A stretch of DNA of 64,000 nucleotides, taken from the NCBI GenBank assembly GCA_964016885.1, contig OZ024742.1, positions 4,216,001 through 4,280,000 of the forward strand, read 5' to 3'. Each line of letters opens with the position of its first letter. Position 1 is the first letter of the stretch. Source of the DNA: Eledone cirrhosa. Its lineage: Eukaryota. Shown here one piece after another: positions 44,686 through 56,635 of this stretch. The position numbers and the translations under genes were made by a program. Under the pieces are notes generated by a model, which saw only the letters and a program-made list of their open reading frames with translations, did not search any database and was not told the origin of the DNA.

Positions 44686-45798
44686 CACCACATCGAGCCC
44701 ACGGTAAACCACCCCCTGCACAATCACCACTCCTACCTCTACCTCGATCGACTCCTGTGACAAAACATACTTATGCATATGTCCATACATAGATACCGTT
44801 ATTTAAGATTGTAAATGCACAGATACTTACATGTGTATGTGTGGGTGCGTGTGTGTGTGTGTGTGCATGTGGGTGGGTATGTGTGTGTGTGGGTGTGTAT
44901 GTGGGTGTGGGTTTATAATGTGTGTGTGTGCATAGGGGATGCACCTGGGCCTGTGCTTGTGCGTGTGTGCTTGGAACGATGTGAGTTGACATATACGCAT
45001 ATGTACTCTATGCCGAAATAGGAACTGTAGTCCTCTGCATTTCCGGATTTTAACACTCGGGTTCTGGTGATTTACACTCCACCCTTGTCTCATTTGCTCT
45101 TAAAACGCACCACACCATGATAGTGTAAAGATTGTGATCCTTTGCACTTCTCGATTCTGACACACAGCCTTTCTACTTCGGTCAATATCTTCCAAATCTT
45201 TCAAACTTTGAGATTGACTATAACACACATGCATTTTATTTTATTCTTTTATAATCTTATTCTTTTTATTATTTTATTATTTTTTTGTTTATTTATTTTT
45301 TTATTATTTTTTATTTTCTTCATTTTATTGCCTTATATTCTTTTATTTCTCCATTTTACTTTATCTTATTTCTTCATCTGTTTGGCACCACCCCACCACC
45401 ACCACCACGGGAAATGGTGGCAGGATAGATGCCAACCCACACATACAAATTCTTCTAAACATATCAGCAGCCGAACTAAAGCTGACCTGACTACTGACGC
45501 CCTAACACCAACACCACTACCGACACTAGGGAGGTGGTCAGATGTACTTAACAAAAACAACCACAACAGATTGCCTTGCCTCAGAAAAATTTCTATAAAC
45601 TTTTGACTGAGGAATGTTCTCACAACTGACCAATGGGAGGAGAGAGTGTCTTTTGTCGCCGAAATTCGTTTGCTCGAATTCATATGATTCAAGTTCCTCA
45701 GAGAAATAACAACCCAACCAGGAACTGGGCACATCGGAGTATTGACGGAGTTAAACACTTTAACAATATGTGTACCTGTCTCTACAATACCAATTCAG

Positions 45799-45853
45799 AC
45801 TGCCTGAAGAGGTCACAGCCAATGATGGCTGTCACCGAAATATATATAGCAGT
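45799..45853 (+). ncRNA. Minimal type I hammerhead ribozyme (PLE-type)
   Basis: ACTGC-CTGAAGA-[GGTCACAGCCA atga TGGCTGTCACC]-GAAA-TATATA-TA-GCAGT. Confidence 0.85.
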
Positions 45854-45921
45854 GCACCTTTAATAAACGAAGCCAAATTTTAAATATTTGACTTAATTAT
45901 TTTATTTTATATATATATATA

Positions 45922-46043
<122 letters not shown>

Positions 46044-46602
46044 TACCTACCTTGCTCTTTACCAACATTCTTCATCTCTCACTGTGTTAATTCATCTGAT
46101 GGAGGAAGATATTTACTAGTTATTCGTCTAAATTATCACATTCTATACCTTAGCTTATATTCTTTAATTTAATACAATCAAAACTTTTAATTTCTGTTAT
46201 TCAGTCTTATTAGCAATCTTGACTTCCATTGTGAAATCATAATATCTGGAGCCAGAATTAGTCTTGGTTGTGTGGGTAGTATTGAAACCATTAAAAGTTA
46301 TATTCCATCACTACCACGGCCATTTGATCCTCTGCCAATACACTATTCGGTGGGAACCCTAGCTGGCTGACTGGTACCCTGTGACCCTTAAACCAGAGAT
46401 GGGGAGGAACCTCCATAGGATAATTTGCTATGTTTTGCGAAGTAGCCAGCTACATATCCCACATTTACACATGTACAGACCTGTTGGCGTGAATTGAAGC
46501 TCGCAAGGGAACGGGCATTCGCTTGATGAACATCGTGTTTGTCCGTTCCCGTGTCACTTCAATATTGGATTACCTCCTGAATATAAGCTTATTATGTAGG
46601 AA

Positions 46603-46679
46603 GTTGTCTGATGGGATCGTGGCACTGGGTACTACGCGGATCACTTGGCCACTGTCGTCATCGAAATATGTATCACAGC
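46603..46679 (+). ncRNA. Degenerate hammerhead with extended stem II
   Basis: GTTGT-CTGATGG-[GATCGTGGCACTGG...CCACTGTCGTCATC]-GAAA-TATGTA-TC-ACAGC, then AATAAA. The core has A9>G. Confidence 0.6.
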
Positions 46680-47901
46680 CTTATTAATAAAGGACTTGAA
46701 CATCTAAACTACTTTGTATTTCCTTATTCTATAAATATTTATATAATTCAATGATACTATAATATTCATCCACATAAGAACTCACTCAACATATTCCCCA
46801 TGTTGTTAATTTCCCAATAGTTGGTGTTACCGTGAAGGGAATTACAGATGTGATTATTTGGGTCTTTGTTATGCTTTTTTGGTGATGGTTGTAGTTGCTG
46901 TTGTGGTTGATGATATTGTTGTTATAGTTCTTGTCACTTTTGTTCGTGCCGTCGTTGTCACAGCCCAGACTCTCACTACTCCACTAGACATTCATATCCA
47001 GTTTTCTCTAGCCATTGTCATTGTCATTTTATTTTAAAACTTACTCTATCTTATGTAATGTGTCCTTTTCAATTTAATATTGTTAATTATGTAATTCGAC
47101 AGAGATTTACCAACTAGTTCTTAGTGAGTGGCTATGTATAGACTGCACAGTTGGTCAGATATATGCTGGCTGTTCTAATGTTCTATGGTTAAGTACTGTA
47201 GATGGAAACATTTGTAGATACTAATTTATCACTCATTGTTGGCAAGTAATATTCCTTTTAGCCTAATGGACACTAGGAAAAGGAAGCCATCTTTCGTTCT
47301 CCGTATTTTTATTTTCTTGTTAGAAAATGTTTGAAAAAGCATCGTTTCCGTTGCTGGTGTCACATGTGATCTTTAATGTAATTCCATTAAATTTACATTC
47401 TGCTATTACCAACAAAATTGAAGACTGGATTCTTTTCTGTAGTTTTACTCGTGGTTTATGTAATAAATATAGTTGGGTTTCCTTTGACTTTCACTCCGCT
47501 GATTTACTTGGGGATAATGTATTTTCTAACCGATGTTTTGGCATTGCGGCTGCAAATTGGCCGAATTTTGAAGGGTACCATAAAATGGCTTACGATATCT
47601 GTTCCTTTTCTATGGAAAATCCGAGAAGGAGACGGTGTTCAACAGCATCAGTTGACATTTAGCAGCGACTAGTCTCGGGCTTGAATATACATTATACCTT
47701 CCCAGCTGTCTCAGAGTCCCTGAAATAGGTCAGAAGCACTGCTAACCAAACAATAAAGAAAATAGCCAGTTATGCGTACCACTACGGATTGTTGTTTTAT
47801 CAAATATACTGATTTAGAGTCAACAGTACTTGTAAAGAAACTGGTTATCGATGAGGCATGCGTGTGTGTGTCTGTAATTATACGTACATATATATGTGTA
47901 T

Positions 47902-47904
<3 letters not shown>

Positions 47905-47989
<85 letters not shown>

Positions 47990-47990
47990 G

Positions 47991-48041
<51 letters not shown>
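47905..48041. repeat. (CA)n(TA)n microsatellite
   Basis: Direct read. Confidence 0.95.
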
Positions 48042-48045
<4 letters not shown>

Positions 48046-48114
48046 AAAAAGAGATGAAATCGAAAATGCAACAGGAGTCTTATTTTAAAAAGAAATATAT
48101 ATATTTATTTGGTT

Positions 48115-48152
48115 CCTTTACCGGTTTCGCAGTTCTTCTGCTTTTCAAAAGG
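48115..48152 (-). ncRNA. Minimal hammerhead, U3-A8 variant (inverted copy)
   Basis: Reverse complement of 48224-48261. Confidence 0.7.
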
Positions 48153-48223
48153 TGAGTTGAGATGGAGGGTCTGTGGTTTTTCTCACATCATGAGAAAAAC
48201 CACAGACCCTCCATCTCAACTCA

Positions 48224-48261
48224 CCTTTTGAAAAGCAGAAGAACTGCGAAACCGGTAAAGG
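48224..48261 (+). ncRNA. Minimal hammerhead, U3-A8 variant
   Basis: CCTT-TTGAAAA-GCAG aagaa CTGC-GAAA-CCGG-TA-AAGG. Confidence 0.72.
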
Positions 48262-48392
48262 AACCAAATAAATATATATATTTTTTTTTAAAATAAGACT
48301 CCTGTTGCATTTTCGATTTCATCTCTTTTTCTTTATACTTTCACTCGTGTAGGACACCTCGGTTATTTTTCATTTTGTAAAAAAACCCTCAC

Positions 48393-48436
<44 letters not shown>

Positions 48437-48486
48437 ATATATATATAAAAGATGTGAGAAAACCACAGACCCTTCATCTCAACTCT

Positions 48487-48521
48487 ACTTTTGAAAAGCA
48501 GAACTGCGAAACCGGTAAAGG
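48487..48521 (+). ncRNA. Minimal hammerhead, U3-A8 variant (third copy)
   Basis: ACTT-TTGAAAA-GCAG aa CTGC-GAAA-CCGG-TA-AAGG. Confidence 0.6.
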
Positions 48522-48658
48522 AACCAAGTTAATATATATATATTTTTTTTTAAATAAGACTCCAGTTGCATTTTCGATTTCATCTTTTTTTCTTTATACT
48601 TTCACTAGGACTATAATTTATGTCTAGCTTCCTTTATCTCTTCTGCTTGCCATACCTC

Positions 48659-48660
<2 letters not shown>

Positions 48661-48699
<39 letters not shown>

Positions 48700-48721
48700 C
48701 ATTATTATTATTATTATTATT
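48661..48721. repeat. (TTA)n tract flanking the 3' end of the truncated R4/Dong copy
   Basis: Direct read. Confidence 0.95.
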
Positions 48722-49414
48722 CTTTGAGTCTCAGTCATTGATGTTAGTTAACTGGAAAGTTTGTTGAAATGAATATCAAGCCACTACCTGCAGCCTCAGA
48801 TATTCAGGACGTATCGGAGGGTTCTTGCTGTTCCCAGCAAGCATGCCTTTGGAGCGTTCCAAAAAGCGCGAAGGGGCCAATTTTCTTTAACCATTCCTGG
48901 AAACTTTTGGAGATAGTCCCTAGTGCGCCTATGACAATCGGGATCACTTTGACTTCATGGCAGTTCCAAATCCTTTTTACCTCCCACTTTAAGTTCTGGT
49001 ATCGGTTAATTTTCTCCCTCTCCTTCTCTTGCACTCTCGTGTCGAATGGGCAGGCCACATCCACAATCAGGCACGATCTTTTTTCTTTGTCCACAACCAC
49101 CAGGTCAGGTCTATTGTGTTCCAGTTTCTTGTCCGTCTGTATCCTAAAATCCCACAGCACCTTCACCTGATCGTTTTCTATCACCGACTCTGGCTTATGC
49201 TCATACCACTTCTCAGAATGTGGTAAATTGTTTACTTTGCATAGGTGCCAGTGGATCACCCTGCCCATCACATCATGTCTCCAGCCCTTATAGTGAGTCT
49301 GGGCTAGGTGTTTACACTCGGATACAATGTGAGCTACAGTCTCCTCTCTCTCTCCACAGATCCTGCACAGGGGGTTAGCCTCCTCCTTGTAAATATGGTG
49401 TTTCAACCACTTCG
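48722..49414 (-). mobile_element. 5'-truncated R4/Dong-like retrotransposon (CCHC knuckle, RLE, 3' UTR)
   Basis: Highly similar to 49496-50188. CRICGEREETVAHIVSEC and NRPDLVVVD..LIVDVACPFD..EK..RY. Bounded by (TAA)n on both sides. Confidence 0.93.

Positions 49415-49495
<81 letters not shown>
49415..49495. repeat. (TTA)27 tract between the two R4/Dong copies
   Basis: Direct read. Confidence 0.95.
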
Positions 49496-49496
<1 letters not shown>

Positions 49497-52400
49497 CTTG
49501 AATCTCAGTCATTGATGTTAGTTAACTGGAAAGACCGTTGGAGTGAATATCAAGCCACTACCTGCAGCCTCAGATATTCAGGACGTATCGGAGGGTTCTT
49601 GCTGTTCCCAGCAAGCATGCCTTTTGAAGCGTTCCAAAAAGCGTGAGGGGCCGATTTTCTTTAACCATCCCTGGAAACTTTTGGAGATAGTCCCCAGTGC
49701 GCCAATGACAATCGGGATCACTTTGACTTCATGGCAGTTCCAAATCCTTTTTACCTCCCACTTTAAGTCCTGGTATCGGTTAATTTTCTCCCTCTCCTTC
49801 TCTTGCACTCTCGTGTCGAATGGGCAGGCCACATCCACAATCAGGCACGATCTTTTTTCTTTGTCCACAACCACCAGGTCAGGTCTATTGTGTTCCAGTT
49901 TCTTGTCCGTCTGTATCCTAAAATCCCACAGCACCTTCACCTGATCGTTCTCCATCACCGCCTCTGGCTTATGCTCATACCATTTCTCAGAATGTGGTAA
50001 ATTGTTTACTTTGCACAGGTGCCAGTGGATCACCCTGCCCATCACATCATGTCTCCAGCCCTTATAGTGGGTCTGGGCTAGGTGTTTACACTCGGATACA
50101 ATGTGAGCCACAGTCTCCTCTCTCTCTCCACAGATCCTGCACAGTGGGCTAGCCTCCTCCTTGTAAATATGGTGTTTCAACCACTTCGTTTTGAGGGCCT
50201 GCTCCTGCGCAGCCATTAACATTCCTTCTGTAGCCTTTTTAAGGTCTCCTCTTCTCAACCAGTTCCATGTCTGTGGGTCTCTAAATTCAGTTTTCTCAAA
50301 GAAGGTACTATGAAGGGATTTTTCCTGAAGGCTGCTCTTTCTCCTTGATGTTATTTCCTCCTTGGACATCCCCTGGCCTATTGTCCACTCCTTCAGTACA
50401 GTTCTGAGCATTGGCTCCTTACTATCAGTCACGTATTTGTGTAGGTTGTTTTTCTCCATCTGAACACAGTCCTCTATGCTGATAAGACCTCTTCCACCCT
50501 CAGATCTCCTTAGGTAGAGTCTATAGACATCACTCCTCTTGTGGAACATGTAGATAGTCAATAGCTTCCTAGTCTTCCTATCCATTTCTTTTTTTTCAGC
50601 AACATTCCATCTCAGAATTCCCGCACTGTACCTAATAATAGACACAGCTCGGGAATTTACTGCGCTTATGGCATTTCTGCTGTTCAGATGTGACTTCAAT
50701 ACGCTCCTTACTCTCCGAATGAATTCAGTTCTTAACAATTCCTTCATTTTTTTGTTCTTTATGCCATCAGCCTCCAGAACGCCCAAATACTTGTATCCTT
50801 CCTCAGAGTCAATTTCCTTTATCATCTCACCTGTTGGTATCTGGATTCCGTTACTTCTGCTCAACCTACCCCTCCTCATCACAATGACTCCACACTTACT
50901 AATACCAAACTGCAAACATATATCACTGCTGAAAATACGGACATTGTCAACAAGCACATCCAACTCCTTCTCACTCTTCCCGAATAGCTTAAGATCGTCC
51001 ATGAAGAGGAGTTGATTGATGGTAAGCCCTCCCTTTCCCAACCCGTATCCTGCTCTCACTTTTCGCAGTACACTGGTCAGGGGCATCAGGGCAAGGACAA
51101 ACAACAGAGGGGACAGGCTATCTCCCTGGAAGATACCTCTCTTGCTTTTCACGCTTCCCAAGGATTCTCCAGTTGATGTCAACTCTGTTTCCCAGGACCT
51201 CATACTCTTGCCCAACAACTGTCTGATGTTATCTGCCACCTTGAAGATCTCCAGGCTTTTGGTGATCCAAGAATGAGGCACCATGTCAAATGCCTTTCTG
51301 TAGTCTATCCATCGCATGGCAAGATCAGTGTGTCTCCTCCTGCAATTCCCCATTACCATCTTATCAATAAGTAACTGGTCCTTTGTACCACGTGACTTCT
51401 TTCGGCATCCTTTCTGTTCGTCCGGTAACAAGTTGTTTATGTGGAGGTGATGGTAGATTTCCTCAGACACAATGCTCGTCAACAGTTTCCACATTACGGA
51501 CAGACATGTGATAGGTCTATAGTTGGTAACATCATTACCCTTGATTCGGTCTTTCATTATCAGAACTGTGGTACCTTTTGTCAACCACTCTGGTACCTCA
51601 CCTGACATCAAGCAGTCATTGAACATGGTTGCCAGTTTCGGGTGGAGGGATGTTATATTTTTAATCCAATACCCCTGCACACCATCTGGGCCTGGCGATT
51701 TCCAGTTGGTTAGTTTTTTGGCCTGCCCCTTAAGAGTTTCAACTGTGATACTCAAATCAGTTTGTTGGTGTGCCTGCTCACCGATCTCCCTCTGTACTGT
51801 CTCAGTCCACACTGCCTGGTCATTATGTCTAACATCCTGCTCCCATATTCCTCTCCAGAATGTTTTAGTTTGTTCCGCCTCAGGGATCAAGTCGTTGCCT
51901 CTTTCTTTCCCCTCAAGCTGTCCAAACAGCATCTTCTGGTTGTTGTCGAACATGCGGTTCTGTTTATACTGACTGACTCTGTTCTCGTATCGCCTGATTT
52001 TTGCACTCTTTGCTACAATGCGTTGCTTCACTTTCTCTCTGATAATATTTAGCTTTTTCCTCCTAGTTTTGTACTTTATTTCCAGTCTATTTTTAGTGTC
52101 TATGTTTTGTAGTGTCCCATTCAGTAGTGACTCAAGCTTTCCAATGTCATTTCTCATTTCCCTGATTTGACCACTCAGTCGTTTCTTCCACCAAGGCCCT
52201 GCTCTTTCTTGTCTGTTGTTTCCTCTAGCTTTTATACCAAGTAGTTTCCTCACCGTATTTGCTGTTGCTTTAAGGATATTGTTGCACTGGTGAAGGCTCA
52301 TCGCCTCAAGGTATGGGATGACTTTGTTTACCTTAGCTGTTGTTTCTTTTAATTTTTTCCTGTCTACAAATCTTAGGTTCATAGGTCTCCCACTATCATT

Positions 52401-53115
52401 GTTCAATTCATCTACCACTAAATTGAGGATGTCAACCGAATCTTGTCCTAGCCCGTCAGCATTCATCTCCTCAGTGGCCGTATCTCTGTTCCAGGTATTA
52501 TTTATCTCAGTATTCAGATCATTGTCTGCTTCGGGTGGTTCCTCCGTTCTCTCGACCTCTTCACCTTCATTTCCCACTGGCTCGTTTGCCTGGCATACTC
52601 CACCCTCCATCTTCAAGCTAATCTCTCTGCTCAGTTCCTCCAGTTCCAGCTCGCTTATCCACCCATTAGTTCTTATTACCCGAGCCTGCCCGGCCAATTT
52701 TTGTTCATCTAATTTAAATAGACCAATCTCGTTCCAGATGTTATGCATCCGTCTCCTATAGCCCCTCTCCTTGGGGTTACTTTTCAGGTAACATTGCATA
52801 ACAGTTCTATTCAATTCTTTCGTCCAGTTGGTTCTGGTCCCTTTCCTTCTTCTTCTTCCTCCGACACCAGCAGTATTTGGTTGACAGCCAGGTCCCTGCT
52901 GCTGAGCCAGGGAGCACCTGTTGGGTGAGAGTCTGTAACATGACGTTCTAGTCTCCATTTCACCGTTATTCGAACTGTTTAGGTTCGATATTTAAACACT
53001 CTTATCGAGGATTGGCGAATGTATGGTTACATAACCATCTGTGGATTCACCGTCTCCGGTGGTTGCGTCGCTCCACTTGGCTCTTGTGTGGCATTATCAC
53101 CACGCTGTAGACGAA
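49496..53115 (-). mobile_element. Near full-length R4/Dong-clade non-LTR retrotransposon
   Basis: Single long ORF with RT, CCHC and restriction-like endonuclease, short 3' UTR ending in (TAA)n, the known Dong target. The 5' boundary is uncertain. Confidence 0.9.
49578..52958 (-). CDS. RT-CCHC-RLE polyprotein, 1126 aa (last ~25 codons apparently frameshifted)
   Basis: NWKSPGPDGVQGYW, NYRPITCL, IDYRKAFDMVPH, GIFQGDSLSPLLF, LFMDD, YKYLG, GGRGL, CRIC..H..C, RHD, PD..D..K. The canonical-looking end LQKACLLGTARTLRYVLNI* lies in another frame (stop at 49570-49572). Confidence 0.92.
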   Translation of the reverse strand: METRTSCYRLSPNRCSLAQQQGPGCQPNTAGVGGRRRRKGTRTNWTKELNRTVMQCYLKSNPKERGYRRRMHNIWNEIGLFKLDEQKLAGQARVIRTNGWISELELEELSREISLKMEGGVCQANEPVGNEGEEVERTEEPPEADNDLNTEINNTWNRDTATEEMNADGLGQDSVDILNLVVDELNNDSGRPMNLRFVDRKKLKETTAKVNKVIPYLEAMSLHQCNNILKATANTVRKLLGIKARGNNRQERAGPWWKKRLSGQIREMRNDIGKLESLLNGTLQNIDTKNRLEIKYKTRRKKLNIIREKVKQRIVAKSAKIRRYENRVSQYKQNRMFDNNQKMLFGQLEGKERGNDLIPEAEQTKTFWRGIWEQDVRHNDQAVWTETVQREIGEQAHQQTDLSITVETLKGQAKKLTNWKSPGPDGVQGYWIKNITSLHPKLATMFNDCLMSGEVPEWLTKGTTVLIMKDRIKGNDVTNYRPITCLSVMWKLLTSIVSEEIYHHLHINNLLPDEQKGCRKKSRGTKDQLLIDKMVMGNCRRRHTDLAMRWIDYRKAFDMVPHSWITKSLEIFKVADNIRQLLGKSMRSWETELTSTGESLGSVKSKRGIFQGDSLSPLLFVLALMPLTSVLRKVRAGYGLGKGGLTINQLLFMDDLKLFGKSEKELDVLVDNVRIFSSDICLQFGISKCGVIVMRRGRLSRSNGIQIPTGEMIKEIDSEEGYKYLGVLEADGIKNKKMKELLRTEFIRRVRSVLKSHLNSRNAISAVNSRAVSIIRYSAGILRWNVAEKKEMDRKTRKLLTIYMFHKRSDVYRLYLRRSEGGRGLISIEDCVQMEKNNLHKYVTDSKEPMLRTVLKEWTIGQGMSKEEITSRRKSSLQEKSLHSTFFEKTEFRDPQTWNWLRRGDLKKATEGMLMAAQEQALKTKWLKHHIYKEEASPLCRICGEREETVAHIVSECKHLAQTHYKGWRHDVMGRVIHWHLCKVNNLPHSEKWYEHKPEAVMENDQVKVLWDFRIQTDKKLEHNRPDLVVVDKEKRSCLIVDVACPFDTRVQEKEREKINRYQDLKWEVKRIWNCHEVKVIPIVIGALGTISKSFQGWLKKIGPSRFLERFKRHACWEQQEPSDTS

Positions 53116-54203
53116 CACAAATAAACAAACAAACAAACAAACAGGTAGAAAAAACCCCAAAAATGAATAAGCATAAGTTTCATTGTAATGTAGTGTTCGA
53201 ATGTCTGACTTAGTTTTTCCCTTCTCTTCTCTGTCCGTCCGCTTGTTTCTCTCTTCATTCTTATTTTATTTACGTTTTTTTGTTTTTGTTTTTCTCTGTT
53301 TGTTTGTTTTTTGTTGTTGCTGTGCTGCTTTGGTTTTGATTTTTGTTTTTTCTTTTGAGTCTATCTATATATTTTGATGCCTTCCTCTTTTTTAGTAGGA
53401 ATTCTATAATGTGGTGGCAGTACTGTGCTAGCAGCAACTAGCAGGAAGCAATGGGAGAGAATAGCGGCGGTAGCGATACTGAGGCAGTGGTGGTGGTGAT
53501 GTCGATACTGAGGCAGTGGTGGTGATGATGTGATCGTATTACTGTAGTGATGGTGTTGTAGCGGTGGTAGCAATGAAGGAGTGGTTGCGGCGGTGATGGG
53601 ATAGTGGTAGTAATGATGGATGGGCGGCGGCGGCGGTGACTGTAGTGATGGCATTGTCGTTACTGATGTCCGTTCGGTGAATCTATGGGGTTGGTCGCGT
53701 ACATGTGTTGACATAAATTCCCTTAATGTTGGAATTAAACATTTTGTTAAAACTTGGGACAATAATAATAGTATTTAATATTATCATTATTATGTTGAGA
53801 TTGGTTGTGGTGGTGGTGAAGTTGTCGTTATCTGGCTGTTGTGTTTAGTGTACACAGAGAGGTGATGGGGTAGGTGGTGTATCTAGTTTCTGGTGTTGGT
53901 GAGATTGGTGTTGTTTGGCTGTTCTATATAGTGTAGACAGAGGAGAGGGGGGGGTTCTTCTTCTTCCATTTATAGCCATTTTCTTTTTTGAATATACAAT
54001 GTACAATACAAAGTTGAATATTTGAATATTTGAGCCTTATAACAATATATTTTGGGTCCGAATTTTTTGGGGGCTCAAGCCGGATGCTTTACGTAATATT
54101 TGTACTAAGAGTTGTTATTTCACAAATGATTTAAATATGTTAAAAATTCAAAACTTACGGGAGCGATTTCACGACCTTCTATCCACCACGTGCGTCTTCT
54201 CCC

Positions 54204-54204
<1 letters not shown>

Positions 54205-54264
<60 letters not shown>
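54205..54264. repeat. (TTA)n tract at the 5' junction of the Tx1-like element
   Basis: Direct read. Confidence 0.95.
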
Positions 54265-54445
54265 GAATGCTATGGTAACGGAGGCTCGGATCTGTAAGGT
54301 ATTGTAAATTTTGACCGCTATAACAATCGTAAATTGTTTAAAACTTTAACCAAATTGTAGGCAAAAACACCCTCCTCTTCGTGAGAGTGGTTTTTCTGCC
54401 CGTTATTTGGCTCTTCGGGGTTAAATAACCGCTTATTGGGGTTTT

Positions 54446-56600
54446 GTGCCCAATATTTATTTTAAAGAAAAAAAAAACATAGCTACGAAAAAGAATTTTC
54501 ATAGGTCACTCCCACTCATTCCGTCTTCTTCTTCCTCAATCGTCACTACAGCGGAGAGAAGATTGTCTCTCTCCCTCCCTTCTCTAAATGTGTCTCTCTC
54601 CCTCCCTTCTCTTTCGCAAGCGACGCCAGTAAAGAAAAATCACGTAGAAAGCGTGCAACATTTCTCCACGACGACGACGACAACGACGAAAAAGGTGTGC
54701 GGGGATTACGAAAACCCATTTCATTCGTCTGACGTCATGAATAATAGCAGTAGCAGCCGTAATAACAGCAGCAGCAGCAACAGTGACAAGGAAAACAACA
54801 GTAGCAGCCGCAACAGCATCAGCAGCAGCATAAACAACAACAGCATTAGCAGCAACAGCAACAATAACAGCAGCAGCAGCAACAACAACAACAACCACAG
54901 CAACAGCGGCGGCGGCAGTAGTTGTAGTACCTGCAGCAACAACAAAAGTAACAGCAGCTCTGACGACAACAACAACAACAACAGCAGCAAAGAAAAACCA
55001 ATCTCATTTGCAGGTATCGCAAAGAACCTGGAAACCACCCTCATAACAAATGAGGAATTAGAGGAAGCGAAGAAGATGGTAACGAAAACCGAACACCGAG
55101 CAATCTGCAAGGCAGCCGAAAAAATTTTCGAAACCCAACAACACTGTACGGTCACGTACCATGCAGTAAGCACACAATCCCGTAGGGTTGAAAGAGCCAC
55201 TGAGGCTCAAATACAAAAACCCTTAGGGTCTGTGTGGCAGCGGAAAACGGACATCACCCGAGGCAAGAAATATTCCACCGTAGACGTGCTTTTTGCCACA
55301 CCCCAGGAGGCAACGGCTCAATCCTTAGTGACCCTAAGGAGCGAGGAAATGGTGTTGGTCCCCTCTTACAGCGGGAAAAAATTGTGAGGGTCAAACTGAC
55401 CCACGTCTCCCCCGGTATGGCCCCTTCTTGGCTGGCCGCGTCTGTCCTCGTTGGAATCGAGGATAAAACAACTGTACTGCAAGTACAGAAAAGAGTAAGA
55501 GAAGATTGGGTCGGCACCTCCATTGAGATGTTAATCCAAACCAACCAGGAGTGCATCGAAACTATCCCGGATGTGATAGACTTCGATAACGGCACTCAAC
55601 TGCCCATAAGTGTTGAGGGCAAACGCCCGAAATGCTTTCGCTGTGGATTGAAGACTCACCTCAGGGCCTTCTGCAACGAGAAGACCCTGAGAAAGGAGAA
55701 AACCCCCCTCCTTCCGAAACCGGCTCTATGGCTACCAGCAACAGGACAAGCGGCAACCAGGAACGATAGGTCCGTGGCACCCATACCCACGCCACGGAAA
55801 TCAAGAACAGCAGCAGCAGTGGAAGTATTAACAACAACAGTAGTAATACCAAATGCAGCTGCAACAGAGACTCCACTGCAAACATCACCAACAACAAGTG
55901 AAAGAGTGGAGCTGGTACCTCTCCCCGACCTCACAGAATCAGACATGGAGTGTGAGGTGGGAGAGGGATGGAAAAGGTCGTAAGAAGGCACAAACGCAGA
56001 AGCAGCGTATTGTCGCCTTCGAAAAGGGAGGAAAGAAATGAAAAAAGGGTAAAGGCTACTGCAAAGAGACTCACAGCAGCAACACCACCAACACCATCAC
56101 CACCCACACAAGCACCATCATCACCACCGGCGACAACACCACCGCCAACATCAACAACACCTTCAACACCATCACCACAAGCACCAACATCGCAAACACA
56201 ACAACAAAACACACACACCCAGCAACAACGACAATAACATAGCAGAACCACACCCCACTCCCAGAAAAACAAATGCACGGCAATAAATACACACAACAAG
56301 AAACTAATGACTTACATAATTGAACAGCACGACTACATAATACCAGCACCAATCAAAACGACAACGAACATAAGACTGCTAAAAATAGCACAGAAACAAT
56401 ACACAAACACTAAAACGAAATTCCCCAACGCAGTTGGTGATTTCAGAGACCTAGGAGGGACTCTCAACCGGAGAGTATATTCGGACATACTCATAGAAGA
56501 GCGGACGACCAGCCGAAGGGACGATTCAACGGTCCCTTCACCAGACGATCGAGTGAAAAGTGATGGAGAAACCATCCTTCCTCTACGAAAAGTATGGTAA
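54446..56600 (+). pseudogene. Tx1-like ORF1 (gag-like), frameshifted
   Basis: N/S-rich N-terminus, ISFAGIAK, frameshift in an A-run at ~55375-55381, VEGKRPKCFRCGLKTHLRAFC zinc knuckle, P/T-rich tail with further breaks. First in-frame ATG at 54737. Confidence 0.8.
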
Positions 56601-56635
56601 GTGGTCTTTCCGATCTTTTCCACTCTATTTTAAAC

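Larger units (their letters stand above)
43091..45870 (+). mobile_element. 5'-truncated Penelope-like element (Naiad-like) with long 3' region ending in hammerhead and AATAAA
   Basis: Coding remnant 43091-~44530, hammerhead 45799-45853, AATAAA 45862. Assigning the whole intervening region to this element is inferred. Confidence 0.7.
48038..48606. mobile_element. PLE pseudo-LTR cluster: ~148-bp-arm palindrome plus a third direct copy
   Basis: Arms ~48038-48185 and 48191-~48338 around a 5-nt loop CATCA. 48451-48606 is a diverged direct repeat of the right arm. Each copy holds a hammerhead. Confidence 0.8.

Noticed and set aside
45681-45740. SECIS-like hairpin (ATGA-TTCAAGTTCCT...AGGAACTGGG) downstream of the Naiad-like ORF
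   Set aside because: It lacks the 3' GA of the kink-turn quartet, and the conserved cysteines are not UGA-encoded.
47327-47672. Two overlapping plus-strand ORFs (111 and 84 aa)
   Set aside because: No recognisable domain or splice context.
49803-52928. Antisense ORFs over the R4/Dong element (likewise over Tx1)
   Set aside because: Shadow frames of the real coding strand.
52960-53120. Possible HDV-like ribozyme in the R4/Dong 5' UTR
   Set aside because: Expected for some R2/R4 elements, but I could not assemble the nested double pseudoknot by eye.
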